Below, in pieces: positions 30,252-39,664 of a stretch of 64,000 bases of DNA (within the stretch, counting starts at the first letter, position 1; every line of letters starts with the position of its first letter). A model generated the notes under the pieces. That model was not told where the DNA came from, did not search any database, and worked only from the letters and a program-made list of their open reading frames with translations. This stretch comes from Candidatus Omnitrophota bacterium. Its GTDB lineage: Bacteria; Omnitrophota; Gorgyraeia; Tantalellales; Tantalellaceae. The position numbers and the translations under genes were made by a program. The stretch lies in contig JADGBR010000001.1 in NCBI GenBank assembly GCA_015231405.1, forward strand, positions 283,964 to 347,963, read 5' to 3'.

Positions 30252-32812
30252 CGACGACTTGTGGGATTATGAAAATACCTCTGAAAAAAAAAGTAACATC
30301 GGTGCTTAAGGCCGGGTTTTTGACATCCTTTGCCGCGGTATTTCTTTTGTTCCGGGAGGGTATCGCCGATCCTCAAACTGAAATCAATGATAAGGTTAAA
30401 CTTTCCCGGAATATTGAATATTCCGGGGGTTATCCTATAATCCTTGATATATCCGTCGGAGATGAACTTGATTTCGCACGCAAGGCAATCAGGGATGGTT
30501 TTTTTGACATAGCTGAAATTAAACTTAACGAACTGCTGTCGCAGCCTATTACGACACACATTGAAGGTGAAGCCTGCCTTATGCTCGGAAGGATATATTA
30601 CGAAAAAGGGGCATACGCTAAAGCCATTCAGGAGTTCAAGATGCTTTCCGATAATCTTACCGACCGCACTTCAGTTGACGCAGCGATGTACTGGACCGGA
30701 GAGGTATATTTTAAGGAAGCGAGCTATCCCCTGGCTATCGAGGAGTTCCAGTCGGTATTGACAGAATACCCGGAATCAAGATACGCCCCGTTCGCACTTT
30801 TTTCACAAGCATGGTGTTTCCAGAACATGGGTGAGACTAAATCCGCAATAGCGCTGTTCCGGGATGTTTCGAATAAGTATCCCCTAAGCGAGCTCGCCAT
30901 AAGATCCAAATACATGGTCGGTGAGATACTTTATGAATTGAAACAATACAAAGAAGCGGTCATAGAGATGAAAGAATTCATCCGAAGTTATCCCGTCAAC
31001 GAACGGATATTTGACGCTTATTTTATACTCGGGGACTCACTGTACCGTGAAGGATCATTTCGTGACGCCGTAGATAACTTTAATAAGGCGCTTGTAGCAC
31101 CTGAAAAAAGCGAGTGGGAGGGTGCTCTTATTTACAGAACAGGCAAGTCGCACGCTGCTATGGGCAATCTAGATGAGGCCGAAAAATGGTTTTACCGAGC
31201 CAGGAACGAAAGTTCAGATCCCGCTATTCAATCCGCCGCGATGATCGAGATCGCGGATATTTCCAAGTCTGACGATGAGGCCTGCATTTACGCATACATT
31301 GACGTAGTTGATAAGATAAAGGAGAACGAATTGACCGAAAGAGCGTATCTTCTTTTGGGTGAAAAGTTGTACCAGGCAGGTATGCTCAAGGAAACGATAA
31401 GCGTTTATGAAAAAGCGATGAAAAGGTTCCCGAAAGGAAAACTCAGGGACAGAATAAGTTATGACCTTGCGTGGGCGTATTTAAGATCAGGGGACGAAGA
31501 AAAGGCTCTGCAGGCTTTTCACTTTACGGCAGGAAATTCGGTAGACCCTGATATTGTCGCGAGTTCACTTTCCGCAATAGGGGATATTCTTATTGAAAAA
31601 GCGGAGAACGAACGCGCGATCGATGTTTATGACAGGATACTAAGAGAGTTCCCGGAATCGATCATCGCCGATTACGCTCAGTACCAGCTGGCATATCTTT
31701 TTAAAGAGAACGGACATATTGATCCCGCCATTCTCGCTTTCCAGTCGCTCCTCATCAATTTTCCAAGGTCGAACCTGTTAGATAAATCTCTTTATCAGCT
31801 CGCGATACTGTATGCCGGCAAGGGGGACTATGAAAGTTCTTTAAACAATTTTGAACGGATAATCGCGGACTTCGCTATGAGCTCACTTTATGGACCGGCG
31901 CTACTGGAGCTGGGGAACCTGCATTACAACAACGGGAATTACGAGAAAGCCGTGGAGATCTACGGTCGTTTGATCACAGGGGAATATGAAAAGGATATAA
32001 CCGAAAAAGCGCGGTATCAACTGGGTTGGTCGCTATATAAATTGGGCGATGAGGAAGGCGCCAGGGCGATATTCAACGGTTTCTTAGAAGATGGTAAGGA
32101 AACGTTCCTGACCCCGGGTATCCTATTCTGGTTCGGTGAGTATTTTTACTCGAAAGGGGATTTCGATAAAGCGATATCCTATTTTAACGAGGTTCTGGAG
32201 AAATACCCAAAGACGCTTTTCGCTTCCGACGCCCTATACTGGCTTGCCTGGTCTTATTGTGATAAAGGGTCCACCGCGCTAGGGGTAAAGCAGTTCCAGC
32301 GGCTACCTGATGAGTATCCATCGAGCAGGTGGGCGCCTGAGGCGCTGTTATCGGCCGGAGATATCGAAAGTGACAGCGGAGAGCACCTGAGGGCGAGGGC
32401 GATCTACGAGACGCTTTTACGTAAATACCCGGACAACCCGATCGCGAAGATAGCCAATTACCGTATAGGGATAATTCTTAAAGATGAAAAAGAATATGAC
32501 CTTGCGATAGAATATCTGAGGATAGGCATGGGAGCCGAAAATAACGATCTGAACGCTCAGGTCCAGTTTGATCTTGCAGAATGCTACGAGTTGAAAGGTA
32601 TCGAGGCGAGGGCGATCGAGGAATACTTGAAGGTGGAATATAAATATCCGAACGGTGTTTTCTGGGTAACGCGGGCAAGAAAACGATGCGCCGAACTTCT
32701 GGAGAAAAAGGGAGAGACCGATAAAGCCGTGGCGATATACAGAAAACTGGCCGAAGGAGACGGAGAAGAGGCCCGCTACGCTCAGGAAAAACTTAAATGG
32801 CTCCGGAAATAG
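30248..32812 (+). CDS. Large secreted/periplasmic TPR-repeat protein (YbgF/CpoB-like repeats)
   Basis: Signal-peptide-like N-terminus followed by more than 15 TPR-like repeats. Immediately upstream of the exbB/exbD/tonB-like genes. Confidence 0.7.
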   Translation: MTTTCGIMKIPLKKKVTSVLKAGFLTSFAAVFLLFREGIADPQTEINDKVKLSRNIEYSGGYPIILDISVGDELDFARKAIRDGFFDIAEIKLNELLSQPITTHIEGEACLMLGRIYYEKGAYAKAIQEFKMLSDNLTDRTSVDAAMYWTGEVYFKEASYPLAIEEFQSVLTEYPESRYAPFALFSQAWCFQNMGETKSAIALFRDVSNKYPLSELAIRSKYMVGEILYELKQYKEAVIEMKEFIRSYPVNERIFDAYFILGDSLYREGSFRDAVDNFNKALVAPEKSEWEGALIYRTGKSHAAMGNLDEAEKWFYRARNESSDPAIQSAAMIEIADISKSDDEACIYAYIDVVDKIKENELTERAYLLLGEKLYQAGMLKETISVYEKAMKRFPKGKLRDRISYDLAWAYLRSGDEEKALQAFHFTAGNSVDPDIVASSLSAIGDILIEKAENERAIDVYDRILREFPESIIADYAQYQLAYLFKENGHIDPAILAFQSLLINFPRSNLLDKSLYQLAILYAGKGDYESSLNNFERIIADFAMSSLYGPALLELGNLHYNNGNYEKAVEIYGRLITGEYEKDITEKARYQLGWSLYKLGDEEGARAIFNGFLEDGKETFLTPGILFWFGEYFYSKGDFDKAISYFNEVLEKYPKTLFASDALYWLAWSYCDKGSTALGVKQFQRLPDEYPSSRWAPEALLSAGDIESDSGEHLRARAIYETLLRKYPDNPIAKIANYRIGIILKDEKEYDLAIEYLRIGMGAENNDLNAQVQFDLAECYELKGIEARAIEEYLKVEYKYPNGVFWVTRARKRCAELLEKKGETDKAVAIYRKLAEGDGEEARYAQEKLKWLRK

Positions 32813-32854
32813 CCCAATCGGCTAATATTTTTTACACGATATAAAGGAGGTTAT

Positions 32855-33487
32855 ATGTGGGAATTGTTCTTGAAGGGCGGGCCGTTGATGTTCTTTATTC
32901 TTATATGTTCGATCATAGCCCTGGCGGTGATCATAGAAAGAGTATTGTATTTAAGACAGGCGCAGATAAACACAGCCTCTTTCATGGAAGAGATATCGGC
33001 TATCCTTAAACGCAACAAGGTACTTGACGCGATAGACCTGTGCAACGCCACTCCGGGTCCGATAGCGAAGATCATGAAGGCTGGGATACTCAAGCATGAC
33101 AGGTCAAGGGCCGAGATAAAAGAGGCTATCGAGGACGCCGGGATCCACGAAGTTCCCCGCCTGGAAAAGAATATCAAGGTTATCGCGACGATAGCTCAGA
33201 TAGCGCCGCTCTTAGGTTTCCTTGGGACGGTAACAGGCATGGTTAAGGCTTTTCAGGTCATCGAACAAAAGGCTGCAGCCTTTGTTCCCGTTAATCCGGG
33301 AGACCTTGCCGGAGGGATATGGGAGGCTCTTATTACGACTGTAGCCGGTCTCACTGTGGCAATACCGACATATGTGGCGTATAATTTCCTTGTAAGTAAA
33401 GTTGACGGTTTCGTGCTCGAAATGGAAAAGAGCGCCACCGATCTTGTTCATATCTTGATCTCCAAAAGGGAAGACGATGAGATTTAG
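32855..33487 (+). CDS. MotA/TolQ/ExbB proton-channel family protein
   Basis: Three TM helices with the conserved ExbB/TolQ C-terminal region (GLLGTVTGMVKAF...AL.TTVAGL). Confidence 0.8.
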   Translation: MWELFLKGGPLMFFILICSIIALAVIIERVLYLRQAQINTASFMEEISAILKRNKVLDAIDLCNATPGPIAKIMKAGILKHDRSRAEIKEAIEDAGIHEVPRLEKNIKVIATIAQIAPLLGFLGTVTGMVKAFQVIEQKAAAFVPVNPGDLAGGIWEALITTVAGLTVAIPTYVAYNFLVSKVDGFVLEMEKSATDLVHILISKREDDEI

Positions 33488-33872
33488 ACGAAGCGTATTC
33501 ATTGAAAAGGGCATTTTAGATATGGCACCGCTCATGAACATCATATTTTTGCTCCTGATATTTTTCATGCTGACATCGAGTTTTGTTTTTCAGCCTGGGA
33601 TAAGGGTAGATCTCCCGAAAGCCGTCACCAGCGAAGTTCTCAATCAGGACCTTATGGTGATAGTAATAACCCATAACGGCGATATATACATTTCCGAACG
33701 TCTTGTCACGAAGGAGGAAACCGTTTCCCATCTGGCGTTGGCATCTAAATCGAATAAACAAGTGCTGATCAAGGCGGACAAAACCGCGGGTCTCGGAAAA
33801 GTAGTTGAGATTTGGGATATTTGCAGAGAATCAGGCGTTAAACAGATCAATATCGCTACTACTCAGAAGTGA
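33477..33872 (+). CDS. ExbD/TolR biopolymer transport protein
   Basis: An N-terminal TM helix containing the conserved D-region (PLMNIIFLLLIFFM) and a periplasmic domain. Confidence 0.75.
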   Translation: MRFRRSVFIEKGILDMAPLMNIIFLLLIFFMLTSSFVFQPGIRVDLPKAVTSEVLNQDLMVIVITHNGDIYISERLVTKEETVSHLALASKSNKQVLIKADKTAGLGKVVEIWDICRESGVKQINIATTQK

Positions 33873-33879
33873 GAATATC

Positions 33880-34548
33880 ATGAACAGGGACATATTAGTC
33901 GCCGTGGCGGTATCCGCGGCTATACATCTATTCGGGATGTCGATGGTACATATTATTAATCCGTCCCTTAAAACGGAGATAAGGCCTTTCACGAAAGTGA
34001 GTTACCTCGGTCCGCTGCTTAATAAGACGGCTTTTGATATAATGCTCGAAAGCAAAGCACAAATATTTAAAACGCAATACAACTATCTGGAAAACGCCCC
34101 CGCCGAGGTTCTGGATCTCAAGGCGCGCTCGCCTGAAAGACGTGTGCAGGAAGAAATAAAGACAGATCTGGACCCGGGCAATTCGGAGGTCATTAATGAT
34201 TTTCTGTCAGGGAATAAAATAATACCGTATTTTATGCTTGATTCTCCCGCCCCGAAAGTAGACAATAATATCCCCGGGGCTTTCGTTTATAAACCTGAAG
34301 ACCTTGGGGCGGTAAAAGATTTGATCAGCAATGAGACCATACCTAAAATAAGGGTTAAGGTATTAGTTGCCGCCGACGGAAAAATAAAAAATTCGGAGCC
34401 CATGACAACAACAGGGAATCCCGAGCTCGACCATGTTATTCTCCGGTACGTTAATAACTGGGTTTTTGAACCGAGCCAGGCAGGGAAGGACGACTATAAA
34501 GAGATAGATATATTGTTGAACAGGGGATCCGTTAATGATAAAACTTGA
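33880..34548 (+). CDS. TonB/TolA-like energy transducer with TonB_C-type C-terminal domain
   Basis: N-terminal TM anchor (ILVAVAVSAAIHLFG) and a C-terminal TonB_C-like fold. Start moved to the ATG at 33880. Confidence 0.6.
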   Translation: MNRDILVAVAVSAAIHLFGMSMVHIINPSLKTEIRPFTKVSYLGPLLNKTAFDIMLESKAQIFKTQYNYLENAPAEVLDLKARSPERRVQEEIKTDLDPGNSEVINDFLSGNKIIPYFMLDSPAPKVDNNIPGAFVYKPEDLGAVKDLISNETIPKIRVKVLVAADGKIKNSEPMTTTGNPELDHVILRYVNNWVFEPSQAGKDDYKEIDILLNRGSVNDKT

Positions 34549-34759
34549 TCTGTCGACCGCGCTGTTCGTTTATCTCTTTTTTACAGTGATAGCCGTATTG
34601 CTTCTATGGCTTGTCATGGATCTCGGCACAAAATTGAAGACATACAGCTCGGACGAAAAATTTATATGGCATTGTAACATTTGCGCTAACACCTATATAG
34701 ATTCACGGCACGAAGCGATATCGAAATGCCCAAGGTGCGGGAGTTTTATAGAAAAATAG
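34535..34759 (+). CDS. Small membrane-anchored zinc-ribbon protein (hypothetical)
   Basis: One TM helix followed by CNIC...CPRC. Overlaps the end of the TonB-like gene. Confidence 0.4.
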   Translation: MIKLDLSTALFVYLFFTVIAVLLLWLVMDLGTKLKTYSSDEKFIWHCNICANTYIDSRHEAISKCPRCGSFIEK

Positions 34760-34793
34760 AACATCGGGTTTTTTAATAAAGGAGGAGAAGGAA

Positions 34794-35021
34794 ATGATAA
34801 CACGGATCGGGTTGATAGCTGGTGATATTTGGAATTATCTTGAGTCCCATGCGAGGAGAGAAAAACTGGATACTCTGATCGTTAACCTCGGGAAACAGGA
34901 GGTCCGTGATATAGTGCTTATGAGCCTGGGCTGGTTAGCCAGAGAAGGACATGTAGTGCTTGAGGGTGACCTGCCCAATTATACGGTCATATTAAAAGAA
35001 AGGGACTATATCCACAGTTGA
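34794..35021 (+). CDS. DUF2582-like winged-helix protein
   Basis: IGLIAGDIWNYL...LGWLAREGHV resembles the DUF2582 (PF10771) pattern as I recall it. Confidence 0.5.
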   Translation: MITRIGLIAGDIWNYLESHARREKLDTLIVNLGKQEVRDIVLMSLGWLAREGHVVLEGDLPNYTVILKERDYIHS

Positions 35022-35194
35022 GTTCCGGGAGGAACACAGAAATTCGACATACATTCCGTCGATGAGTGATAGAGAATGACCAAAGCGGCCGACAAGTATC
35101 TGGTAGACTTGGAACAAAAACAGTTTAATTTATTTGCCTTAATAGGACGTTGGATATATATTAATACTGATCTTAGTGGTGTTGTTCATCGTGT

Positions 35195-35270
35195 GGGGCT
35201 GTAGCTCAATTGGTAGAGCGCCTGGTTCGCAATCAGGAGGTCAGGGGTTCGATCCCCCTTAGCTCCACCA
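35195..35270 (+). tRNA. tRNA-Ala (anticodon CGC)
   Basis: Manual cloverleaf fold. 7-bp acceptor stem with the G3:U70 Ala identity pair. Anticodon loop TTCGCAA, T-loop TTCGATC, CCA encoded. 76 nt. Confidence 0.85.
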
Positions 35271-35372
35271 CTAAGCTCCTTACGCAGTCGTAATCCCAGG
35301 TAAATAATCAAAATTCTCGCATTTATTTCAAATAATACTTGACAAATGATACACATGAGGTATCATTATTCC

Positions 35373-36071
35373 ATGAACGATATATCCAGATACTTAGTTA
35401 ATGTTGATGTTTTGACTTATGCCGTTGTTTTCTCGGCCGGGATCGTTACTTCGTTCACTCCTTGCGTTTATCCGCTTGTCCCAATAATATCGGCTGTTAT
35501 AGGCGCAACAGGCGAGAGATCAAAGAAAAGAAATATTTTTCTGTCCCTGGCTTATGTGACGGGAATGTCACTTACGTTTTCTCTGATAGGAGTATTCGCG
35601 GCTATTACCGGAAGATTATTCGGTGAGATCCAGTCAAACTCTATCGCTAACTTGGTAGTCGGAGGATTGATTATATTTTTTGCGCTTGCTCTTTTAGGGG
35701 AATTCCAGCTCCCCGTCCACTTAATTAACCGTTTTGGGGCCGGTAAAAAACATGGGGGAAGATCCGCGTTCCCGGTTTTCATTATGGGGTTGACATCGGG
35801 TCTGATAGCGGCTCCTTGCGCTACTGCGGTCATTGGGGCATTATTGGCGTTCGTAGCATCCAAACAAAATATCTTCCTTGGATTTTCGCTTCTTTTCGTT
35901 TATTCAATGGGATTGGGGGCGATGCTTGTGCTGGTTGGGGCCATAACAGGAATGGTCAGTTCTCTTCGTAAATCCGGGCCGTTTGCCAAGATCGTTGAAA
36001 AAGTTTTAGCCGTAGCGATGATCATTCTAGGTTGTTATTATGTTTTTAAAGCGGGAACATTGTCAGTTTAA
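35373..36071 (+). CDS. ccdA: Cytochrome c-type biogenesis / thiol:disulfide electron transporter CcdA (DsbD transmembrane-domain family)
   Basis: Six TM helices with two conserved Cys (SFTPCVYPLVP; AAPCATAV). Start uncertain: 35373 (MNDIS) or the ORF-track start at 35346. Confidence 0.75.
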   Translation: MNDISRYLVNVDVLTYAVVFSAGIVTSFTPCVYPLVPIISAVIGATGERSKKRNIFLSLAYVTGMSLTFSLIGVFAAITGRLFGEIQSNSIANLVVGGLIIFFALALLGEFQLPVHLINRFGAGKKHGGRSAFPVFIMGLTSGLIAAPCATAVIGALLAFVASKQNIFLGFSLLFVYSMGLGAMLVLVGAITGMVSSLRKSGPFAKIVEKVLAVAMIILGCYYVFKAGTLSV

Positions 36072-36087
36072 AAGGAGAAAAGGCAGA

Positions 36088-36582
36088 ATGAATACGAAAA
36101 AATCTTTATTTATTTCACTGATCATAATGTGTTCTTTTGTGATAAGCTCTTGTGCGCAAAAAATTGACGGTAAAATTACGGCATCTGATCTTGGAATAGC
36201 TCCGGATTTTACTGTAGAAAAACTTGATGGCGGAAAGTTCTCCTTATCCGGAGAGCTTAAAGAAAAGAACGCGGTCCTTGTTTTCTGGACTACATGGTGT
36301 CCTTATTGCGTTAAAGAGATACCTGCCGTTGAGAAACTCTATAAGGAGAAAGGAGGGGACTTAGCCATCATAGGCATATCCCTTCAGGAATCGAAGACAA
36401 AGGTCGCGGGGTTCGTCGCAAAAAAGGCGATGACTTACCCGATAGGGCTTGATATGGACGGCATGGTCGCGGATAAATACGGTATTCAAACTATACCGTC
36501 TATTGTAGCTATAGATAAAAAAGGAAAAATTTTGTATCAAGGCAGCAGTTTGGATGATATGCTCGAAAAAACAGGGTTTTAA
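36088..36582 (+). CDS. TlpA/ResA-like periplasmic thioredoxin (thiol-disulfide oxidoreductase)
   Basis: Signal or lipoprotein-like N-terminus and a thioredoxin fold with WCPYC. AAAGGAG SD before the ATG at 36088. Confidence 0.8.
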   Translation: MNTKKSLFISLIIMCSFVISSCAQKIDGKITASDLGIAPDFTVEKLDGGKFSLSGELKEKNAVLVFWTTWCPYCVKEIPAVEKLYKEKGGDLAIIGISLQESKTKVAGFVAKKAMTYPIGLDMDGMVADKYGIQTIPSIVAIDKKGKILYQGSSLDDMLEKTGF

Positions 36583-36722
36583 CAAATCAACAAAGGAGGG
36601 TAATTATGTGGACATCAAACTGGAAACTTAGGGCGGTTGCGCGTTGTAAAGAAGGGTGCCATACATTGCCCTGGGCATGGCGTTAAACTGCCCTTTTATT
36701 TTCAAGGCGAAAAGGATCCAAA

Positions 36723-37118
36723 ATGAAATTATTAACAAGAGATACTGATTACGCGATAAGGGCCTTAGTATGCATATCCAGAGGTGCATCCGAGCTTGTC
36801 ACGGTCAAGCAGCTGACCCAGCAATTAAAGATACCACGACCTTTTCTCAGGAAAATTCTGCAATGCATGAATAAAGCCGGTATCTTGAGATCCTATAAAG
36901 GGAAAGGCGGTGGGTTTTCAATGGCCCAGTCTTCCAGAAATATACCTATTTTTGATGTAATGGTTATATTCCAGGGTGAATTTAAGGTCATGGAACATGT
37001 CTTCAAAAAAGAAGCCTGTTGCAAAGTTAAGATGTGCGAATTAAAAAAGAAGATCGATAAAATAGAGACTAATCTTGTCGCCGAACTTAAAAAAATCAAT
37101 ATCAGCGACCTTTGTTGA
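36723..37118 (+). CDS. Rrf2-family transcriptional regulator (IscR/NsrR-like)
   Basis: N-terminal wHTH (MKLLTRDTDYAIRALVCIS), 131 aa, and C-terminal Cys residues (CCKVKMC). Confidence 0.8.
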   Translation: MKLLTRDTDYAIRALVCISRGASELVTVKQLTQQLKIPRPFLRKILQCMNKAGILRSYKGKGGGFSMAQSSRNIPIFDVMVIFQGEFKVMEHVFKKEACCKVKMCELKKKIDKIETNLVAELKKINISDLC

Positions 37119-37154
37119 TTTGCTATCGGTTTGGCTCCGGTAGGGGATATTGGT

Positions 37155-38336
37155 ATGAAAAGAATATACATGGACAATAACGCGACAACCCCTCTTCACC
37201 CCGGCGTGAAAGATGTTATCCGCGACTCTATAGGTATTTTCGGTAACGCGTCAAGTTTTCATTCCTTCGGGCGCGAGGCCAGGAAATACATTGAGGAGTC
37301 CCGTAAAGATGTAGCTAACTTGATAGGGGCTGAGCCTCAAGAGATAATTTTTATGGGCTCAGGTTCGGAGGCCAATAACACTGTTCTTAACATCTTCGCG
37401 TGCAAATGCCCTCATTGCGACGATACCGTTACTTGCTCTAAAGAGATCATAACTTCATCCGTGGAGCACCCGTGTGTTCTCAGGACGTCGGAGTGCCTCC
37501 AGGAAAAAGGAATTAAAGTAACCTACGCCGAAGTGGACAAATTCGGTAAAGTCGATCTGGACAGGCTCGCTAAAACTATTACAGGCAATACAGGTCTGGT
37601 GTCGATAATGACCGCGAACAATGAGATAGGCACTATAATGGATATAAAAAAGATCTCTGACATGGCGCGTAAAAAAGGTGCGCTCATGCACACGGACGCG
37701 GTACAGGCGGTGGGGAAGATCCCGGTCGACGTTAACGCCCTCGGTGTGGATTTTCTTACAATGTCGGCCCATAAGATATATGGTCCGAAAGGAGTAGGCG
37801 CTTTATACGTTAGAAAAGGTACCATATTTTGTCCTATGATACGCGGGGGCCATCAGGAACAGGGTAGGCGCGCGGGTACAGAGAACACGTTAGGCATCAT
37901 CGCTTTCGGAGCTGCGGCAAAATTTATTGGCGAGGAAATGGACGAGGATTCAAAACGTATATTTAATTTAAGGGAAAAACTCAGGAACGGCATAATTAAA
38001 AGGATCCCGCATATACATATAAATGGTCATCTCATAGACACTCTTCCCGGAACATTGAATATTTCTTTCGAAGGGGTTGAGGGTGAATCGGTCCTTTTGT
38101 ACCTTGATCTGGAGGGTATAGCCGTATCGACCGGTTCGGCATGCGCTTCCGGTTCACTCGACCCGTCGCATGTTCTCCTCGCAACAGGGTTAGCCCAGGA
38201 GGCGGCTCACGGTTCGATACGGTTCTCGCTGGGAAGGGAGAATACCGAGCAGGAAGTCGACATGGTTCTTGAGATATTGCCTAAGGTTATAGGTAAAGTA
38301 AGGAGTATTTCCACCGCGTACGGGAGCGTGAGATAA
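37155..38336 (+). CDS. nifS: Cysteine desulfurase (NifS/IscS class V aminotransferase)
   Basis: IYMDNNATTP N-terminus, a PLP-lysine region (SAHKIYGPKG) and an active-site Cys loop (SSGSACAS). Confidence 0.85.
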   Translation: MKRIYMDNNATTPLHPGVKDVIRDSIGIFGNASSFHSFGREARKYIEESRKDVANLIGAEPQEIIFMGSGSEANNTVLNIFACKCPHCDDTVTCSKEIITSSVEHPCVLRTSECLQEKGIKVTYAEVDKFGKVDLDRLAKTITGNTGLVSIMTANNEIGTIMDIKKISDMARKKGALMHTDAVQAVGKIPVDVNALGVDFLTMSAHKIYGPKGVGALYVRKGTIFCPMIRGGHQEQGRRAGTENTLGIIAFGAAAKFIGEEMDEDSKRIFNLREKLRNGIIKRIPHIHINGHLIDTLPGTLNISFEGVEGESVLLYLDLEGIAVSTGSACASGSLDPSHVLLATGLAQEAAHGSIRFSLGRENTEQEVDMVLEILPKVIGKVRSISTAYGSVR

Positions 38337-38935
38337 TGGACTGGGTATATTCTGAAAAAGTTAAAGATCATTTTGTTAATCCTAGGAATATACTCAAAGA
38401 CGACGAGGATTTCAGGTATGACGGGAAAGGGGTAGTAGGGAACATGAAATGCGGTGATGAAATGGCTTTCTATATTAAGGTTGACCGAAAAAGCAATACT
38501 ATCTCGGATTGCAGGTGGAAAACATACGGATGCGCCAGCGCCATAGCATCTACTTCAGTTCTTTCCGAAAAAGTTAAAGGGATGAAACTTGACGAGGCTT
38601 ACAATATCTCTCCTAAAGACATAATGTCCGACCTGAACGGTCTTCCCGAGCACAAGGTCCATTGTTCAGTACTTGGTGATAAGGCCCTTCGATCCGCGAT
38701 AGATGATTATTACGGGAAGAACGGGATGAAAGACAGGATAGTTGTCGAGAAAGCAAAGACTATATGCCAGTGTATGAACGTAACGGATCACGAGATTGAG
38801 GAAGCCGTGCTGGAAGGGGCGAGGAGCTATATTGAGCTGCAGGAAAAGACCAAACTTGGTACGGTGTGCGGTCATTGCAAGGAAGAAGCCGTTAAACTTT
38901 TGTCTGATTATATCAGTAAATATTTCAGTAAATAA
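38336..38935 (+). CDS. nifU: NifU-like Fe-S scaffold (IscU N-domain + BFD-like [2Fe-2S] domain)
   Basis: IscU cysteines ([24 protein letters not shown]) and a C-terminal CQC...CGHC BFD-like module. Confidence 0.8.
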   Translation: MDWVYSEKVKDHFVNPRNILKDDEDFRYDGKGVVGNMKCGDEMAFYIKVDRKSNTISDCRWKTYGCASAIASTSVLSEKVKGMKLDEAYNISPKDIMSDLNGLPEHKVHCSVLGDKALRSAIDDYYGKNGMKDRIVVEKAKTICQCMNVTDHEIEEAVLEGARSYIELQEKTKLGTVCGHCKEEAVKLLSDYISKYFSK

Positions 38936-38946
38936 AAGGAGAAAAA

Positions 38947-39084
38947 ATGCAAAAGTATAGATGCACTGTCTGCGAATATATCTATGATCCGAAAGATAAC
39001 AAGAACGTGCCGTTCGATAAGCTTCCTGAAGATTGGGTTTGCCCCGAATGTGGAGCTGGAAAGGATATGTTCGAACAGGTATAG
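38947..39084 (+). CDS. rub: Rubredoxin (45 aa; absent from the supplied ORF track because it is below the size cutoff)
   Basis: Translation [45 protein letters not shown]. Two CxxCG knuckles (CTVCEY, CPECGAG). AAGGAG SD 7 nt upstream. Confidence 0.8.
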   Translation: MQKYRCTVCEYIYDPKDNKNVPFDKLPEDWVCPECGAGKDMFEQV

Positions 39085-39136
39085 GCGAAGATAGGGTCTA
39101 AGGACAGAACGAAATATTGAACATTGGAGGTCATTT

Positions 39137-39655
39137 ATGTTGAGTCCCAAGATTGTAAAGGCTATAAACCACCAGATCAACAGGGAATTGTTCTCGGGTT
39201 ATTTATACCTTGGTATGTCTTCCGCCGCGACTTCTCTCGGTTTAATGGGGATCGCTAACTGGTTCTTTGTCCAGATGCAGGAGGAAATGATACATGCGAG
39301 AATGATGTTTGACTATGTTAACCGTCAGGGGGGGAGGCCGCTTCTCGAATCCATAGAAGAGCCTCCTCAGAAATACGCCGACCCTAAGGCTATGTTCAAG
39401 AAAACGCTTGAACACGAAAGAGAGGTAACAAAGCTCATCAATAACATTGTTTCTCTGGCCAGAGTGGAGAATGATCACGCTACGGAGATCTTTTATCAAT
39501 TCTTCGTCACGGAGCAGATCGAGGAAGAGGCTAACCCTCTGGACATACTCAGAAAACTTGAACTTGTCGGGGACGGTAACGGGCTGTTCCTTCTGGATAA
39601 AGAACTTGGCATGAGGGTGTTCACGCTGCCTAGCCAGGCGCAAATTCAACCCTAA
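39137..39655 (+). CDS. ftn: Bacterial non-haem ferritin
   Basis: Ferritin-like di-iron ligands (E...E..H, E...E) in INHQINRELFSGYLYLGMS...EEMIHA. Confidence 0.8.
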   Translation: MLSPKIVKAINHQINRELFSGYLYLGMSSAATSLGLMGIANWFFVQMQEEMIHARMMFDYVNRQGGRPLLESIEEPPQKYADPKAMFKKTLEHEREVTKLINNIVSLARVENDHATEIFYQFFVTEQIEEEANPLDILRKLELVGDGNGLFLLDKELGMRVFTLPSQAQIQP

Positions 39656-39664
39656 AGGAGTGAA

